Assembly (NCBI GenBank): GCA_028534125.1
Contig: CM052827.1
Coordinates: 33,172,001-33,236,000, forward strand
From: Lama glama
Taxonomy: Eukaryota
DNA: 64,000 bases
Direction of reading: 5' to 3'
Shown here: in pieces, positions 36,710 through 49,829 of the stretch
Layout: each line of letters starts with the position of its first letter
Position numbering within the stretch: the stretch's first letter is position 1
Program-made: the position numbers and the translations under genes
The notes under the pieces: model-generated
The model's database searches: none
The model's input: the letters and a program-made list of their open reading frames with translations, nothing else
What the model was told of the DNA's origin: nothing

Positions 36710-37240
36710 AAACTTTGACTAGGATGTGAGAAATATGTTACCAAGTTGCTCCCCCATAAAAGTGATAAAAATCTGTACTACCACCACCATCACACACACA
36801 CACACAACTTACTATATTGGTATTTTCAAACTTTTTGATCTTTTCCAATCTGAAAAGTGAAACAGATCATCTCAATACAGTTTTAATTTTCATTTCTTAC
36901 TAGTGAGACTAAGCAACTATTCCTGTGCTTAAGAAGTTTTGCTTCCTTCACCATGGACTCTATTCATATCTTCTGCCCATTTTTCTGTTGAGCTCACAGT
37001 TCTCGGTTATTGATTTGCAGGATCTCTTTATATATATTAGGGAATCCAGCCCTTCCTCTGTGACACAGCCTACAAACATCTTTCCATTCTATGTTTGTCT
37101 TTTGATTTTGTTTATGGTGCATTTAGCTAAATCCCTTTAATGGAATTGAGTTTATTATCTTCTTTTGTGGCTTCTGGGTTTTGTATCATATTTTAGACAG
37201 CCTTAAAAGGAAAACATCTTTCATAGTTTCTTTAGTATCT
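36710..37240 (-). mobile_element. Old L1 (L1ME-type) fragment
   Basis: ttttccaatctgaaaagtgaaa...ttttaattttcatttc...ctattcatatcttctgcccatttttctg...atctctttatatattaggg. Confidence 0.75.
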
Positions 37241-39199
37241 GATCTTCAAAGGACTGCACCAAGCCAGAAATAATTCAATGGAAAAATATTCAAAGAAAAT
37301 CATGACAACATGGCTCTTTCTGCATGTAAAGATCGTGGTACTCTAAGAGAAAGTTGATAAAACACATTTGCTTTCAAAGATGGTCCATGATGGAGCTTCC
37401 CGTCTGAGGGACTATCTCCCATAAGATGTCATCATCTAGAATTCCCAGCTCCTGGGTGATTAAATGCCTCTGCATTCAGAGATCCTAGCGACATTAGCCT
37501 TGTTTATGTCTAAGCCATTCCAAACATGCTTCTGAGATGAGGGGGAGATCTCTTTCTATCAAAGTAACTGCCAAGTCATTTGGGGTCTCCCAGAAAACTT
37601 TGATCTGGTAATAATTACATGAAACAAGGGAGACTCTCTGGGTCAACATCTAACATGGTGGCTTTCTCTAGAGAATGAAATGAGTTTTCTTTTGTGGGTA
37701 TTTAGATGAGCTCATCTGCTTCTAGGGATCCCATTGCTCTCCTGTGTCACCAAACCCTGCAACAGAGCTTTAGCTTCAGTTTCCTGTTTGGTCTTCAAAT
37801 ATACCTCTGGATATAGACGCCTGCCCCGAGTCCCAGCATGGCAGTGGGAGACCTGACATCATGCCTGCTCCAGTGCACACCTCCCCACGAGTCCTGCCTT
37901 CTCCCTCAAGCCAGTCCAGACTTCAAGTCAAAGAAAGCCATCCTAAAGGTGCATGAAGAGACACCCCCATTTGGAAACAGGCTTCTGCCCAACTGACTTG
38001 TTCTACAGACTCTTACTACACACCTACCATGTGCAGATGCTGCGGAAGCTGAGGCAACAGGACAGGTTTGAGTCTGGTGGTGACTGAGCCCAGAGGCTCT
38101 CTTGAGCATCAAACCAGAGACTCCTAGAAACAGAAGCCAGGATTCACTCACATCACCTGTTTGCTCCTCCACCTCCTCAAAGCTTCTGCACTTCAACTCT
38201 GGAACCCAAGTACAGCGACCAGGCATCCTGAACATTTCACAGGCCCCAGCAATAAAGCTGGTTCCTTTGCCCAGACTTCCTCACCTGGTCTCCAGGGCAC
38301 CTCCTTGCTCTTCTGACCCCTCCCCTCAAAAAGCCTCAGCTTTTCCTGAAGTTTTCATGGGGTATAGAAACATCCCCACAAGCTGATCCTGTATTTAAGA
38401 GAACACCATTCCTCAGAGTACTCCTAGCCTGCACAATCATTTATTCATGCAGGAAGAAGTTTAAAACTCAGAGAGGGTGAGCCTTGCCCAAGGTCAACAG
38501 CTAGTTGGCTTCCAAGCCAAAACCAGAGCCCAAGCTTGCCAACTCCCAGCCCCGTGTGCCCCCACCAACCCACTGTGGCTCCCAGACCAACTGTCTCCCA
38601 CTTCCTCGGGGGAGTGTCCTGGTGAGAACACTTGCTTTTTAATTCTATCTGAGCTGAAAAGAGAACAGGTTGACTTTGTAATGTCATCAAATATTAAAGC
38701 TTGATTTTCTTAGCTACTGACATCCAAATTGCCAGTGAGCCTGAAAGGCTCAGTGGAGCCCACTGGCTGTGCTAATACAATTTAGGCTTGCGGCTGGGGA
38801 GGGGGGACACTGCCCCTCTCAACCTCAGGAGGAGATGAGTAGGGAGGGGGCATGCAGTGCCGGCGATGGCCAGGAAGCCAGGGACAGGGCGACAGCCAAT
38901 AAAGACAGCTTGGGGTAAGGGTCCTCCATGAGCATTTTAAATCACAGGCACTCCGTGACCACACGTACTTGAAATGCCATCCCCAGGAGGGGGAAGCCAA
39001 AAGGCTGTTAAGGTTATTGTGTGAACTTGCCAAAACTTGAAGACATAATGCATCCCTTGTCCTTTGGCAAATTTCTGAAAGAAAAGTTCTCCAAGACATG
39101 GAGCACACTGTACACATGGAGGCAGGAAAACCGCCTTCTCTGAGAGGAGCACCGAAGTGTCATTTTTTGAGAGGGTAGAATTGGAGCAATCTCTGGAGT

Positions 39200-39590
39200 T
39201 AGAGAAATGGGCTCTAGGGTTAGAAAAAAATCTGGATTTGGTCTTTGGCTTCATAAAGGTTTCACAGGATAAGGGTTGATCTCTCGGAACCCTGGTTGCC
39301 CCGTTTGTAAAATCAGGCTGATAACATCTTCCTCAAAAGATTTTTTTTGATGATGACATGGAGGGTGTTATAAAGCACCTGGGACAGCACCCAGCCTCAG
39401 GTACGACTTCATGAGCCAGTCATGTCTCCTCTCCTTTTAGAGCTTGAGATGGGCTTTACAGTTTGCTTACCCCGATGTCTTCATTTTGCATATGGGGAAA
39501 CTGAGTCCCAGGTGGTAAAGTGACTCACCCATGGCCCTCAGCAAGCTAGGCGCAGAACAGGATTCAAGTCTTCTGATTCTCTGGCCATGA
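39200..39590. mobile_element. Two MIRs (plus about 39200-39400, minus about 39435-39590)
   Basis: tttgtaaaatcaggctgataac; cattttgcatatggggaaactgagtcccaggtggtaaagtgactcaccc. Confidence 0.65.
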
Positions 39591-40358
39591 CCTTCCCCAC
39601 ATCAAGCAGCACCTCATTCCTTCTTTTCCCCATAAGCTCAACATTTCTTAAATATTCAACAGGAGGGATGGGAGACAAGTGGCTGTGCGCCCCACCTGTG
39701 GTCCTCAGCATCCCTGCCTTCCAAGGCAAGGCTGATATCCAGCCCTGCAAAGCACATGACACCTGGGTGACCTGCCCCGAGAAATCTGAATCCGGTGAGA
39801 ATAATCTTAGCAAGTAGGAAAAGAGAAAGAAGGGCAGAGAGAGAGAGGAGACTCTTGGAACAGCGGGGAGCCCCCGAGGGATTCACAGAGAGATAAAGGA
39901 GATTTGCTTTGACAGTGTTTTCAAACAAGCACAGAAGGAGAGAAACCACAGGCAGCTACGGCTGGATGCGTGGAACCAGTGAGGGAGAGCAAGAATACTG
40001 TGAACCAGGAAAGGCGACGTCGTAGAGGAATCCGTGTGAATAAACACCGCTCCAGTGCAAAACGGGGCGCTACCCCATCTGGGCAGCCGATGATGGAATG
40101 ACGGAGGCGTCATCTCAAGCTGAGTCCCGGCAACATGTTGTGCTTTTGTTTCCCTTCTGTCATCTACCTTGACGGAAATTTCCTGATCTTGGCATTGCCA
40201 AACACAAGTAGAATTTAAATAGCTGTTTTCATGCACTTTTGTGTAATGTGTTTCTAATAATTAAAACAGTTTCTCCTCTAAGAAGCTGAGGGATGGGGTG
40301 GAACCACATGCTTCCCCTACCCTACTTCCACCCCCAGAGGTGACCCCGATTTTATTGC

Positions 40359-41210
40359 TGTGCAATCAGAATTGGAAAAATACCCCCGTTTCTCTCTTCT
40401 ACTAGTCACCCTGCTACTACACTCGCAACACTTCTGACACCAGATGCATGGGTTTCCCACACATCAAGCAAGCCTCTGACGCCAGCTGGGTGTCCTACAA
40501 TTCAATTTAGTCCCAACACGGTCTCCCTGGGTTTAGCATCAGATCCCACAAGTTAAGGGCTCAGTCCACACAAAACTGGCCTCACTTCAGAATCCAATTT
40601 TTACCTCCACTTCTGACCAACTGGCTATAAGTTGGGGTTCCTGTGATCCCCACCTTGGATTCAATAATTTATTAGAATGGCACACAGAACTCAGGGGAAC
40701 ACTTAATGTTTACCAGTTCATTATAAAGGATATAATAAGGATACAGATGAACAGCCAGGTGAACAGATACATGGGGTCCTGAGACCACAGAAGCTTCTGT
40801 CCCCATGGAGCTGGGGTACACCCCTCTCCCAGCACATGGCTGTGTTCACCAACCCAGAAGCTCTCTGTGTTCTTACGGAGGGTTTATCATGATCAATCAT
40901 TAACTCAATTTCCAACCACTTTCGCCTCCCCAGAGGATGAGGGGTGGAGCTGAAAGTTCCAAGCTTCTAATCATGCTGGGCCTTTCTGGGGACCAGTCCC
41001 CATCCTGAAGCTGTCACCCTATTAGAACAAAAGATACTCCTATGAAATTCCAAGGGATTTAGGAGCTCTCTATCAGAAACCAGGGGCAATTCAAAATATA
41101 GCAGATGTTTCTGGTGCTCTTATGACCTAGGAAATTCTGAAGGTTTTAGGAACTCAGTGCCAGGAACCAGGGACAGAGAACAATATGCATATTTTCTACT
41201 GTTTTACACA
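40359..41210 (-). mobile_element. MER21-family LTR (MER21B/C-like)
   Basis: caacacttctgacaccaga...ccagctgggtgtcctacaattcaatt...agcatcagatcccacaagttaagggctcagtcc...ttttaggaactcagtgccaggaaccagggacagaga. Confidence 0.85.
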
Positions 41211-41805
41211 ACCCCAGACCCTGATTCCACGTGTGTGGGTCACCTACTAGACTCCTCCAGGGAGGATTCTTGGCCTCCAGGAATGTGCATTCTAGCTGGA
41301 AGGCAGAGATGAGATTGGAAACAAGAATGTGTATGAGTAAGAAATGAAGAGACGGTACCTAGAAAATCATGGAATGAGGGGAAACGGAGAGATCCTAGAG
41401 ACAGTTCAATCTAATTCTCCAATATTAGAAATGGAGACAGAGTGGACCAGAGAGGAGAAGTGACTTGTCTGTGACTGGACACACAGCAGATCTGTCACAT
41501 AATGAGGACTAGAATCTGTCCTCCTGAGCAGCACCCTGTGTGCCTCACTCAGCTTCCTCTTGTTGGTGACTGGAAGGACCAGAGGTTTCACCCATCTTCT
41601 TGTGCAGATAAGACTCTCCTCCTGGACCCAGGCTGACCTTTCAGTCAGAAAGACCCAAAGCCTGTGTCCTGGCTTGGCCTTGCCTTTCACTTGAGCTAAA
41701 CCCTGGGGCACTCACGCTACCTCTCCTGGTCTCTCTTTCTGTAATTGAACACCCAGGAGTTTACCACTTGATGCCAACACAGAGAGCTTAATAAGAGCAC
41801 TGTCT

Positions 41806-43251
41806 AAGAAAGCAAGAATATACAGTGGAGAAAAGGCAGCCTCTTTGGCAAGTAGTGTTGGGAAAGCTGGACAGCACCACATTAATCAGTGAAGCTAGAA
41901 CACTCCCTCACACCATACACACAAATAAACTCAAAATGGCTTAAAGACTAAACATAAGACAAGACACTATAAACCTCCTAGAAGAAAACATAGGCACAAG
42001 ATTATCTGACATAAATCTTAGCAATGTTTTCCTAGGGCAGTATACCCAGGCAAAAGAAATAACAGCAAAAATAAACAAATGGCACCTAGTTAAACTTAAA
42101 AGCTTTTGCACAGCAAAGGAAATCATAAACAAAATAAAACAACCTATAGAATGTGAAAAAGTATTTGCAAATGATACAACTGACAAGGGCTTAATCTCCA
42201 GAATATATAAGCAGCTCATACAACTCAACAACAACAACAAAAACCCAAACAATCCAATCCAAAAATGGGCAGAAGACCTAAACAAGCAATTCTCAATGAA
42301 GACATACAAATGGCCAATACATGAAAAAATGTTCAAGACCGCTAATTATCAGAGAAATATAAATCAAAAGTACAGTGGGCTATCACCTCACATCAGTCAG
42401 AATGACCATCCATTCAAAAGTCCACAAACAGTAAATGTTGGAGAGGTATGGAGAAAAGGGAACCCTCCTACACTGTTAGAGGGAAAGTAATTTGGTGCAG
42501 CCACTATGGAAAATGGTATGAAGGTTCCTCAAAAAACTAAAAATAGAGTCACCTTATGATCCAGCAATCCCACTCCTGGGCATCCATCCAGAGAAAACTC
42601 TAATTCAAAAAGATACATGCACCCCAATGTTCATAGCAGCACTATTTACAATAGCCAAGACATGGAAGCAACCTAAATGTCCAACGACAGATGACTGGAT
42701 AAAGGAGTTGTGGTATATTTACACAATGGAATACTACTCGGCCATAAAAAAGAATAAAATAATGCCGTTTGCAGCAACATGGATGGACTTGGAGATTGTC
42801 ATTCTAAGTGAAGTGAGCCAGAAAGAGAAATAAAAATACCATATGATATCAATTATATGTGGAATCTAAAAATAAGACATAAATGAACTTATTTATAAAA
42901 CAGACTCACAGACATAGAAAACAAATTTATGGTTACCAGAGGAGAAAGAGGGTGAGAAGGGTTAAATTGGGAGATGGAGATTTGCAGATACTAACTACTA
43001 TATGTAAAATAGATAAACAACAAGTTTCTACTGTATAGCATAGGGAACTGTATTTAATGTCTTATAGTAACCTATAATGAAAAAGAATATGAAAACAAAT
43101 ATATGTATCTATACGTATGACTGAAACATGTTGTATACCAGAAATTGACACAACATTCTAACCTGACTATACTTCAATTTTTAAAAAATTAGAAAAAAAT
43201 ACTATTACAATATATTTTAGTATAAAGAAGATTTCTACCAAAAAAAAAAAA
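41806..43251 (+). mobile_element. 5'-truncated camelid L1 (end of ORF2, 3' UTR, poly A)
   Basis: ORF 42627-42833 [59 protein letters not shown] aagagcactgtct (41793-41805) / aagagcactatat (43252-43264). Confidence 0.97.
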
Positions 43252-43289
43252 AAGAGCACTATATGTAGAGTAGGGACCGCCATATCGCC

Positions 43290-43700
43290 CCATCCAAGGT
43301 GCACCATCCATGCCGGACTCAGGCCCTGCTCTCAATGCTTGAACGTGCATATCTTTCCAGCCTTATCAGAACACTATGCAATTACTGCTACACTGACCCT
43401 CATTCTACAGTTAAGGAAACTGAGGCCCAGAAAAGCGAAAGGCCCACCCAAGACTGCAACTGGCTAAAGGCAGACCCATACATAACCCCAGTCTCGCCTT
43501 GTCCATTGGTTATTGACAAATTCCTAATCCTCTCCCATGTGCTGTCCCATTCATTCTCACCGTGACCCACGTGGGTGGTTATGAACCCCATTTCCCAATT
43601 AAGGAAACTGAGCTCCAAAAGATTAAGTGACTCACTCAAACACAGGAAGCTGGTGTCAGGCACAATTGGGTCCAGGAATTCATCGGTGTGATTCTGAGTC
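43290..43700 (-). mobile_element. Two tandem MIRs
   Basis: cattctacagttaaggaaactgaggcccagaaa; cccatttcccaattaaggaaactgagctccaaaagattaagtgact. Confidence 0.7.
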
Positions 43701-44341
43701 CTTGTGTTAAGACAGCGCTGCGATTCCAGTGTGTTCGGATGCTGTGTTTGCTCCGAGCTGCAGGGAGGAAGGGGAGATCCAAGGGTCAGGGAAGGTTTGA
43801 GGCTAGAGGAAAGTGTAGCATCTGATGAGCATGAGCAGGCAGAAGAAAATAAGGATCCGGGGACTGTGGTTCTCAGCTTCCTGGTGTCTGTGGCAGGCAT
43901 AGTAAAGTATTAGTGCTAAGTGTCTGGCACACAGGACAGGATACAAGCCTTCAAATGAAGCTCACTAAGTACCCCTGTGTCCCAGGCAGCATGTTACCAC
44001 GTCTCACTGCTCCATCAGAGAACCACAATGAGGACACCACCCACCAGGTTTTTCCCTTCCCCTGTAAGGCTGTTTGGAGGAGGGTTAATGCTGCCCAAGC
44101 CACTTAAACATGCACAAACCAAAGCACTCTAATGACCCATAAACATACATGTTGATATTGGCCATGATAATGTCGATCGGCAGTTGCAACAAAAAGTAAA
44201 TTTTACACACAGATCAAAATTGTGTGGTGAATCTGCAAGGCACTGCTGGTATGCTAGGTCCAGGGACCCACAAAAAACACCCCTCACCTGTGTGTTCATG
44301 AAAGAATGGATTTTCAACAGCTGCCATCAGCAAATGGGCCA

Positions 44342-44370
44342 GCTGGGGGCTGGGGGCTGGGGGCTGGGGG
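44342..44370 (+). repeat. (GCTGGGG) x 4 G-tract repeat
   Basis: gctgggggctgggggctgggggctggggg, four runs of G5. Confidence 0.9.
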
Positions 44371-46369
44371 CCCCCTCCCCCATCAGGGGAGTTTAGTGGC
44401 CTCTACTGGACCCCCCCAAAGGCTAGTAGAGATGCTGAAGTGGCCAGGGCAGGCTGAAACCCTCCAGAAAAGTCTGTCCCACCAGGGAACTCTGATGATG
44501 TGCAATCAAATTGTGTTTCATTAAAGAGAAAGTATCCAGAGGTTTCCTGATGGCTACAATACTTGCAAATTAAAGATAATGAAGTTAACAGAGAACAACT
44601 ATAAGTCAGATACCAACAGGTGAGATGAGCCGAGGGCAACTTCATCGCTTTGGATGCTCCCCACTTGTGGAACGCGAGTCCTGCTCGGGCAGGAGCCAGG
44701 CGGGATTCCATCTTTGCCCAAAGTCATAGATTTGGGTTATAAAGAGCTCTGCCACACCCTAGCCTTATGATTTTAAGCCAATCTGTGATCCTGCCTCTCG
44801 TCTCTAAAACAAGGGAGATCTGAAGGGTGACTAGCTGTCCCACTTTGCCTAGAATTGTGCTTGGAGTCAGGGGCCGGGGTGTCCAGGAGGGGAGCGTTCC
44901 CCAAGCACAAGTCTTCAGCAGTAAAATCAGGAAAGTTCTGGACAAACTAGGACAAGCTGGCCACCCTGCTGGGGCTTCCCATGATCCCTGATGTGTAAAC
45001 ATTCTGGGATTATTCTAACCTGAACATTCTTGCGAATTACAAGAACCTTGAATCACAAGAACCCTTGAGCAAAAACTAATGCGTTGTGAGCCCAGTAGAG
45101 TTCCCAGCACATGCCTGGGACTCTGCAAGTGATGCCCCCTCCTGCATCCCTGGCCAAGTGCTGTCACCTATGGCTGTGCTGAAACTTTGGAGACCTGTGC
45201 TGGTGAAGCCTCCAGAAGAAGGTCACCACCTGCAACCCCTGCTAGAACCCCAGAGGTTAGCAAATGTCTATCTTCCAAGTGAAGAAATTGATGCTCAAAG
45301 TAGGTGGGAGATGAGCTTGAGGTCGTAAGAATGTCAGCTGAGGGAGCTAGGAATCCACCCAGGTCCTCAATTCCAAGCCCAGTGGCTCCTTGGCCAGACC
45401 ACGCTGCTGTGTGCCCAGGTGGCTGCAGATGGTGAGCTCAGGTCTCTCGTGCATTTGGGTTCCTTCTACCTAGAAGCACCTGCTCACTGCCTGGTCCTTT
45501 TGTCCAGAGCTCCTCACTTCCTCCTTGCCCACCTACCTGGTCTACATGAGCACCAGTGGCTGGGAAGGTGGTCAGAGTCCCAGCAACCTCATGTCCACCC
45601 TGTGTCATGAAACACAGGCCCTCCCCTGTGGCACCAGGAACGCAGTTCTCTCTCCCCCTCCTCACCCCCAACAACTGCCCAGGAGAAAGGGAAAGACCTG
45701 GAAGCGGAGGCAGAGGGAAGGACGAGCAGGCTGCCCCACCCTGCCGTAGTCAGGGGCTCCGGGAGCAGAAACTCCGCAGCTAGGCATCCTCCGAGGCCCA
45801 AACTGGGCTAGAGAAACCCGAAACTCTGGCCAACTGGGATGGAAACCCAGGAGGAACCAGGCCTGGGAGGAGGTGGCAGTGTGTGATTTTTAATTTACTT
45901 TTTCTTGCCCTGAGACAAAAATTAATTTGACTTGGGAAAAAAAAAAGTAACTTCTAGCTTGACTTCTGAAAGTAAAATTTCTGCAACTCTTTTTCCCACT
46001 TAACAGAACATTTCCTCGACTTCTAAGGCATAATGTTAATATGCACCAAAGATGGGGAATTCCCTGAGCTCAGCTCACATATCACTGAACTGATTTTTTT
46101 CTTAATTTTCTAGTAATACTGGCTGGGTTATGCTAACAGGAGAGTTAACAGCTAATTTTGCTACAGGGAAGATAATAACAGGAAATGATCTTTAATAATG
46201 AATTAAACAGACTCCTTGGATCCTGGTTCCTTTTATTAGATAAGGTCAGTGGCATCTTAAATGAGCAAATCTATCCGAGGCCACCAACAAGGCACGAAGA
46301 AAACTGTCAAACTGATTTACAGGCTACGGTGTGAGCGCTGAAGATCAGATGATAGTCTGACACAGTAAG

Positions 46370-46790
46370 ATCGTGAGCTTTAGACTCAAAACCAAGGCAG
46401 GAACACAGACTAGCTGTGTGACCTTGACCAAGCCCCCACCTCTCGGAAATGCTCCCTTGAGCTGTTAATAATAATGCCCACTTTCTGGAGCTCTGTAATC
46501 ATTCCTGAGCGAAAGTGTATAAAACCTAGCACAGGGCCTGCTGCAAGAAGGTGCCCCTGTGAATGGCCCCATTGTGTTTGCCCCATTCATTTGATAGAGG
46601 ATATATTTACCATACAGTTTCCCATGCAATACGTAATTCATCCCTCAGAATAACCTCCTTAAAATGAACTATCCAGACCAGATTCTCCTCATTTCAGAAC
46701 AAGGAAGGTCAAGCACTGCCCGAGGCCATGCATTTAGCCAGAGGGGAGGACCAGCATCCTAGACAGGTCTTCAGACTCCAATTTATTTCA
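46370..46790. mobile_element. Two MIRs (plus about 46370-46560, minus about 46600-46790)
   Basis: actagctgtgtgaccttgacca...taataatgccca; ctcatttcagaacaaggaaggtcaagcactgcccgaggcca. Confidence 0.6.
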
Positions 46791-48110
46791 TCTATGCGGT
46801 CCTCATTCTTCCTACTAATGGTCTTCACTTTTTTTAATCACACAGAATTTTTAGTACAAAGGTTTTTCAGGACACACCACCCACCTATCAGTATTCATTT
46901 ATTAGGTATATCTGTGTTCTATTATGTTAAGCTATGTATATTCAAACATACACAAAAATAAATAAAAACTTAAGTTCTAATGTTTCCTTACAGGAAGAGG
47001 GAGATGTGGAGAAACTGCAGGCTTGGGAAGGGGAAAGCTGGGTGATGGTGATGGAAATCAGCATTGCTTCCGGGCTGGGGCAGCTAGGCCTGCCTCCTGT
47101 TTCATCACAGAGGAAGAGGTGGAGAGATCTGGGAATCGCCCAAGGTCCTGCAGAACTCACCTCTCCAGGCTCTCTGTAGGCTCCCTGCCCCGTTCCCTTT
47201 CCCCTGTATGGAGTGGAGTTGGACTGATGTCAGCAAGCCCTAGGGAGCCACTGAGGGTGTTTGGGTAAGGGCAGGGCAAGGCGCAGCCAACTTCTGAATG
47301 CTTACCCCATAACTTCCACAGGCAGGTAGTTTTCATCCCAGCCACACTGCTGGCTCACATTCCTCTTAGCCAAAGCCCATGTGTGGAGTTTTCAGTTCCC
47401 AGAAGTTTCCAAAGCAGGGCAATATAATTATAATGCTTTAAAGCAAACAAACACACACCCAAGTGGGAGGACTGCATATTCATTTGACTAATTAGAGGGA
47501 ACTCACTAAAAGGATGCACAATAACACTGGCCTCTTCTGGGGGGGAGGTAATTGTAATCAGTTTTCTTTTGACATTTTATTAGTTGCTCATCTTTATTTT
47601 TATGGTGCTCTAATAAGGTACCAAAGCTAAGCATCATCCTTTCTGGCAATAAACACATGTGACTCATGCATCACATAAACAGCAGTGGCTTGGGAAGCCA
47701 GCAACGCTGAGCACCAGTTATCAGCCTGATGCAGGGAGGGGCATTCAGCATGCGCTGGCAGAGGCCTGCCAGTTTGCTGCCTGACTGCTAAGAGCGCTGG
47801 TTCTGCTCAATCCAGGTCCCACAGAGGCCGCTGTCAGCACTCCTGGGGCCCAGGCTGATACACATCCCAATGCCCAAGAAGGACACGAGTCAGTAGATTC
47901 CCGGCCCTTCGTATCACTTCCATATGCTCGTCCCGAGAAAGAGCCAAGAAGCTATGATCGCAATTCAGTACAGTTAATACGCGTTTTCTGAGAACCTAGA
48001 ATGTGTCCAGCAAAGGTGCCAGAATGGTCAAAACGTAGCTGAGAGAGTCACTTGGAATCCAACAAATCTAAGTTTGATCTCCAACGGTAAAGTGGAGATT
48101 AAATACCTAC

Positions 48111-48547
48111 TGTAACTGAGCAGGACCCTGTGCAGCCTTCCAGGGTCAGACCCCTCCCCATGTCCTCTGAAGTACCCAGATAATAGTATCTCATGTCTAT
48201 TTCCTGGGTTTTCAGATGCTAAAAATCACCACCAAAGGAAAGAAATTAACTACTTGATGATCGAGAGACCTTCTGGTGCCTAGGGGTTGATGACACTGAC
48301 CGCCCTGTTACCTCAACATCAACCAAAGTATTGTGCACAAGCTGATCACATACCCTGCAACCCGCCTCCCTCACCTGGCCTTTAAATATGCTTTGCTGAA
48401 ACCCTTCAGGGAGTTCAGGGTTTTCTTGGGCATGAGCCATCCCATCCTCCTTGCTCGGCCCTGCAATAAACCCATCTCTGTTCCAAACTCAGATGTTTTA
48501 GTTTGGCCTCATGGTGCAGCAGGCACACGAACTTGCATTCGGTAACA
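48111..48547 (+). mobile_element. ERV1-class solo LTR inserted in a MIR
   Basis: TG...CA termini (tgtaac...gtaaca), perfect 4-bp TSD ctac (48107-48110, 48548-48551), TATA-like tttaaa at about 48381, AATAAA at 48465. Confidence 0.92.
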
Positions 48548-48879
48548 CTACCTCAAGAGTTATACTGAGAATTAAATCAGAAAGTTACATAAAGCTTTTA
48601 ACACAATGGCTGATGCGTTCATGTATCCCAGGAAGATTTATTAAGGGCTGATGGAAAATACAATTAACATGGCTCAGGGAACTTCACACTAGGACACAGT
48701 AGGTGCATAATAGGTGTCCTGTTCAATCCCAGAAAAACTCTTAGTGTTGTAAAGAAGCAGGCAGAAACAAAATTACTGTAATATATAGCTGGCTCCAACA
48801 GGTTGGGCAATAGGGAGCCATGGAAGGTCTTTGAGCAGAGGAGGCTGATAAGATCTACATGAGGTGGAAAACCAATACA

Positions 48880-49143
48880 GCCTGTGGCTACTGAGCACTT
48901 GAAACGTGGCTAGTCCAAATTGAGATGTGCCTTATGTGTGAAACACACTGGATTTGCAAGACTTTCTGCAATAGAAAAAATAAAATATTCATTTTTATAT
49001 TGATTATATGTTGAAAGTATTTTTTTACTATATTAGGTTAAATAAAAAATAGTATTAAAATAGTTTACCAATTTCCTTTGTGGCTACTAGGAAATTGAAA
49101 ACTACATCCGTGGGTCATATTCTGTTTCTATGGGACAGCACTG
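48880..49143 (-). mobile_element. MER33-like hAT-Charlie element
   Basis: tgtggctactgagcacttgaaacgtggctagtccaaattgagatgtgc...tgtggctactaggaaattgaaaactaca...tttctatgggacagcactg. Confidence 0.85.
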
Positions 49144-49829
49144 GCGGGGAGCGTTGGCCGGGCGTAACAGAGCAGAGCGCAGCTAGAGGCAGCAGCAACA
49201 TCTGGGCCACGTCATTTCAGCCAAACTGCTGATGTCCTCCCGCCCGGCCATGCCTCTAGGGCTGCCAGCTCACTGAGTAATTAAAATGCCTTGAAGCAAA
49301 GAGCCCACCTCCAGAGTGCTCAGAGTTTTGCAACGTTGTTTCAGCAGGGAACATCCAGGCAGTGTTCTGGAACCCCTGCCCCCGCAGCCTCCCGAGTAGG
49401 ATTCAGGTACCAAAGTGCCTGGCTCTGGCCCCACGATCTGGTGGCCCTTGCTCACGCCCAGCAGCAGCCATTTCACAAAGTAAATTAAAAAGCAACCAGC
49501 GTTTTCCTCTCCAACTGGCAACGAATGGATTTTCTGTGAGGATTTCCCTTGTGGAGGGTGCTCGAAAGCCTGCAAGTTCTAACTCAACAGATTCCAGGCG
49601 TGAGGCTCCCAGGCATGGGGAATGGACAAAGTGGATATTGTCCCCCGCATGCGGATTTGCTCTGCAAGCCCCAGGCTCAGACGTGAAATTAAACCAATAA
49701 TGCCACTGACCTTCTGGGTGGGGACCTCGAACCTAGTATCCCCTTTTCTCCCATCAGCAAAATGTGGAGCTGGGTTGCATGGCCTGCAACATTCTGAGGG
49801 AGGCCTGCTACCTGAGGAGGGAAGTCCAT

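Noticed and set aside
46975..47270. Possible exon (ttctaat...tttccttacag acceptor at 46993, ggtaag donor near 47265)
   Set aside because: Such signals are common by chance; no recognisable reading frame or partner exons.
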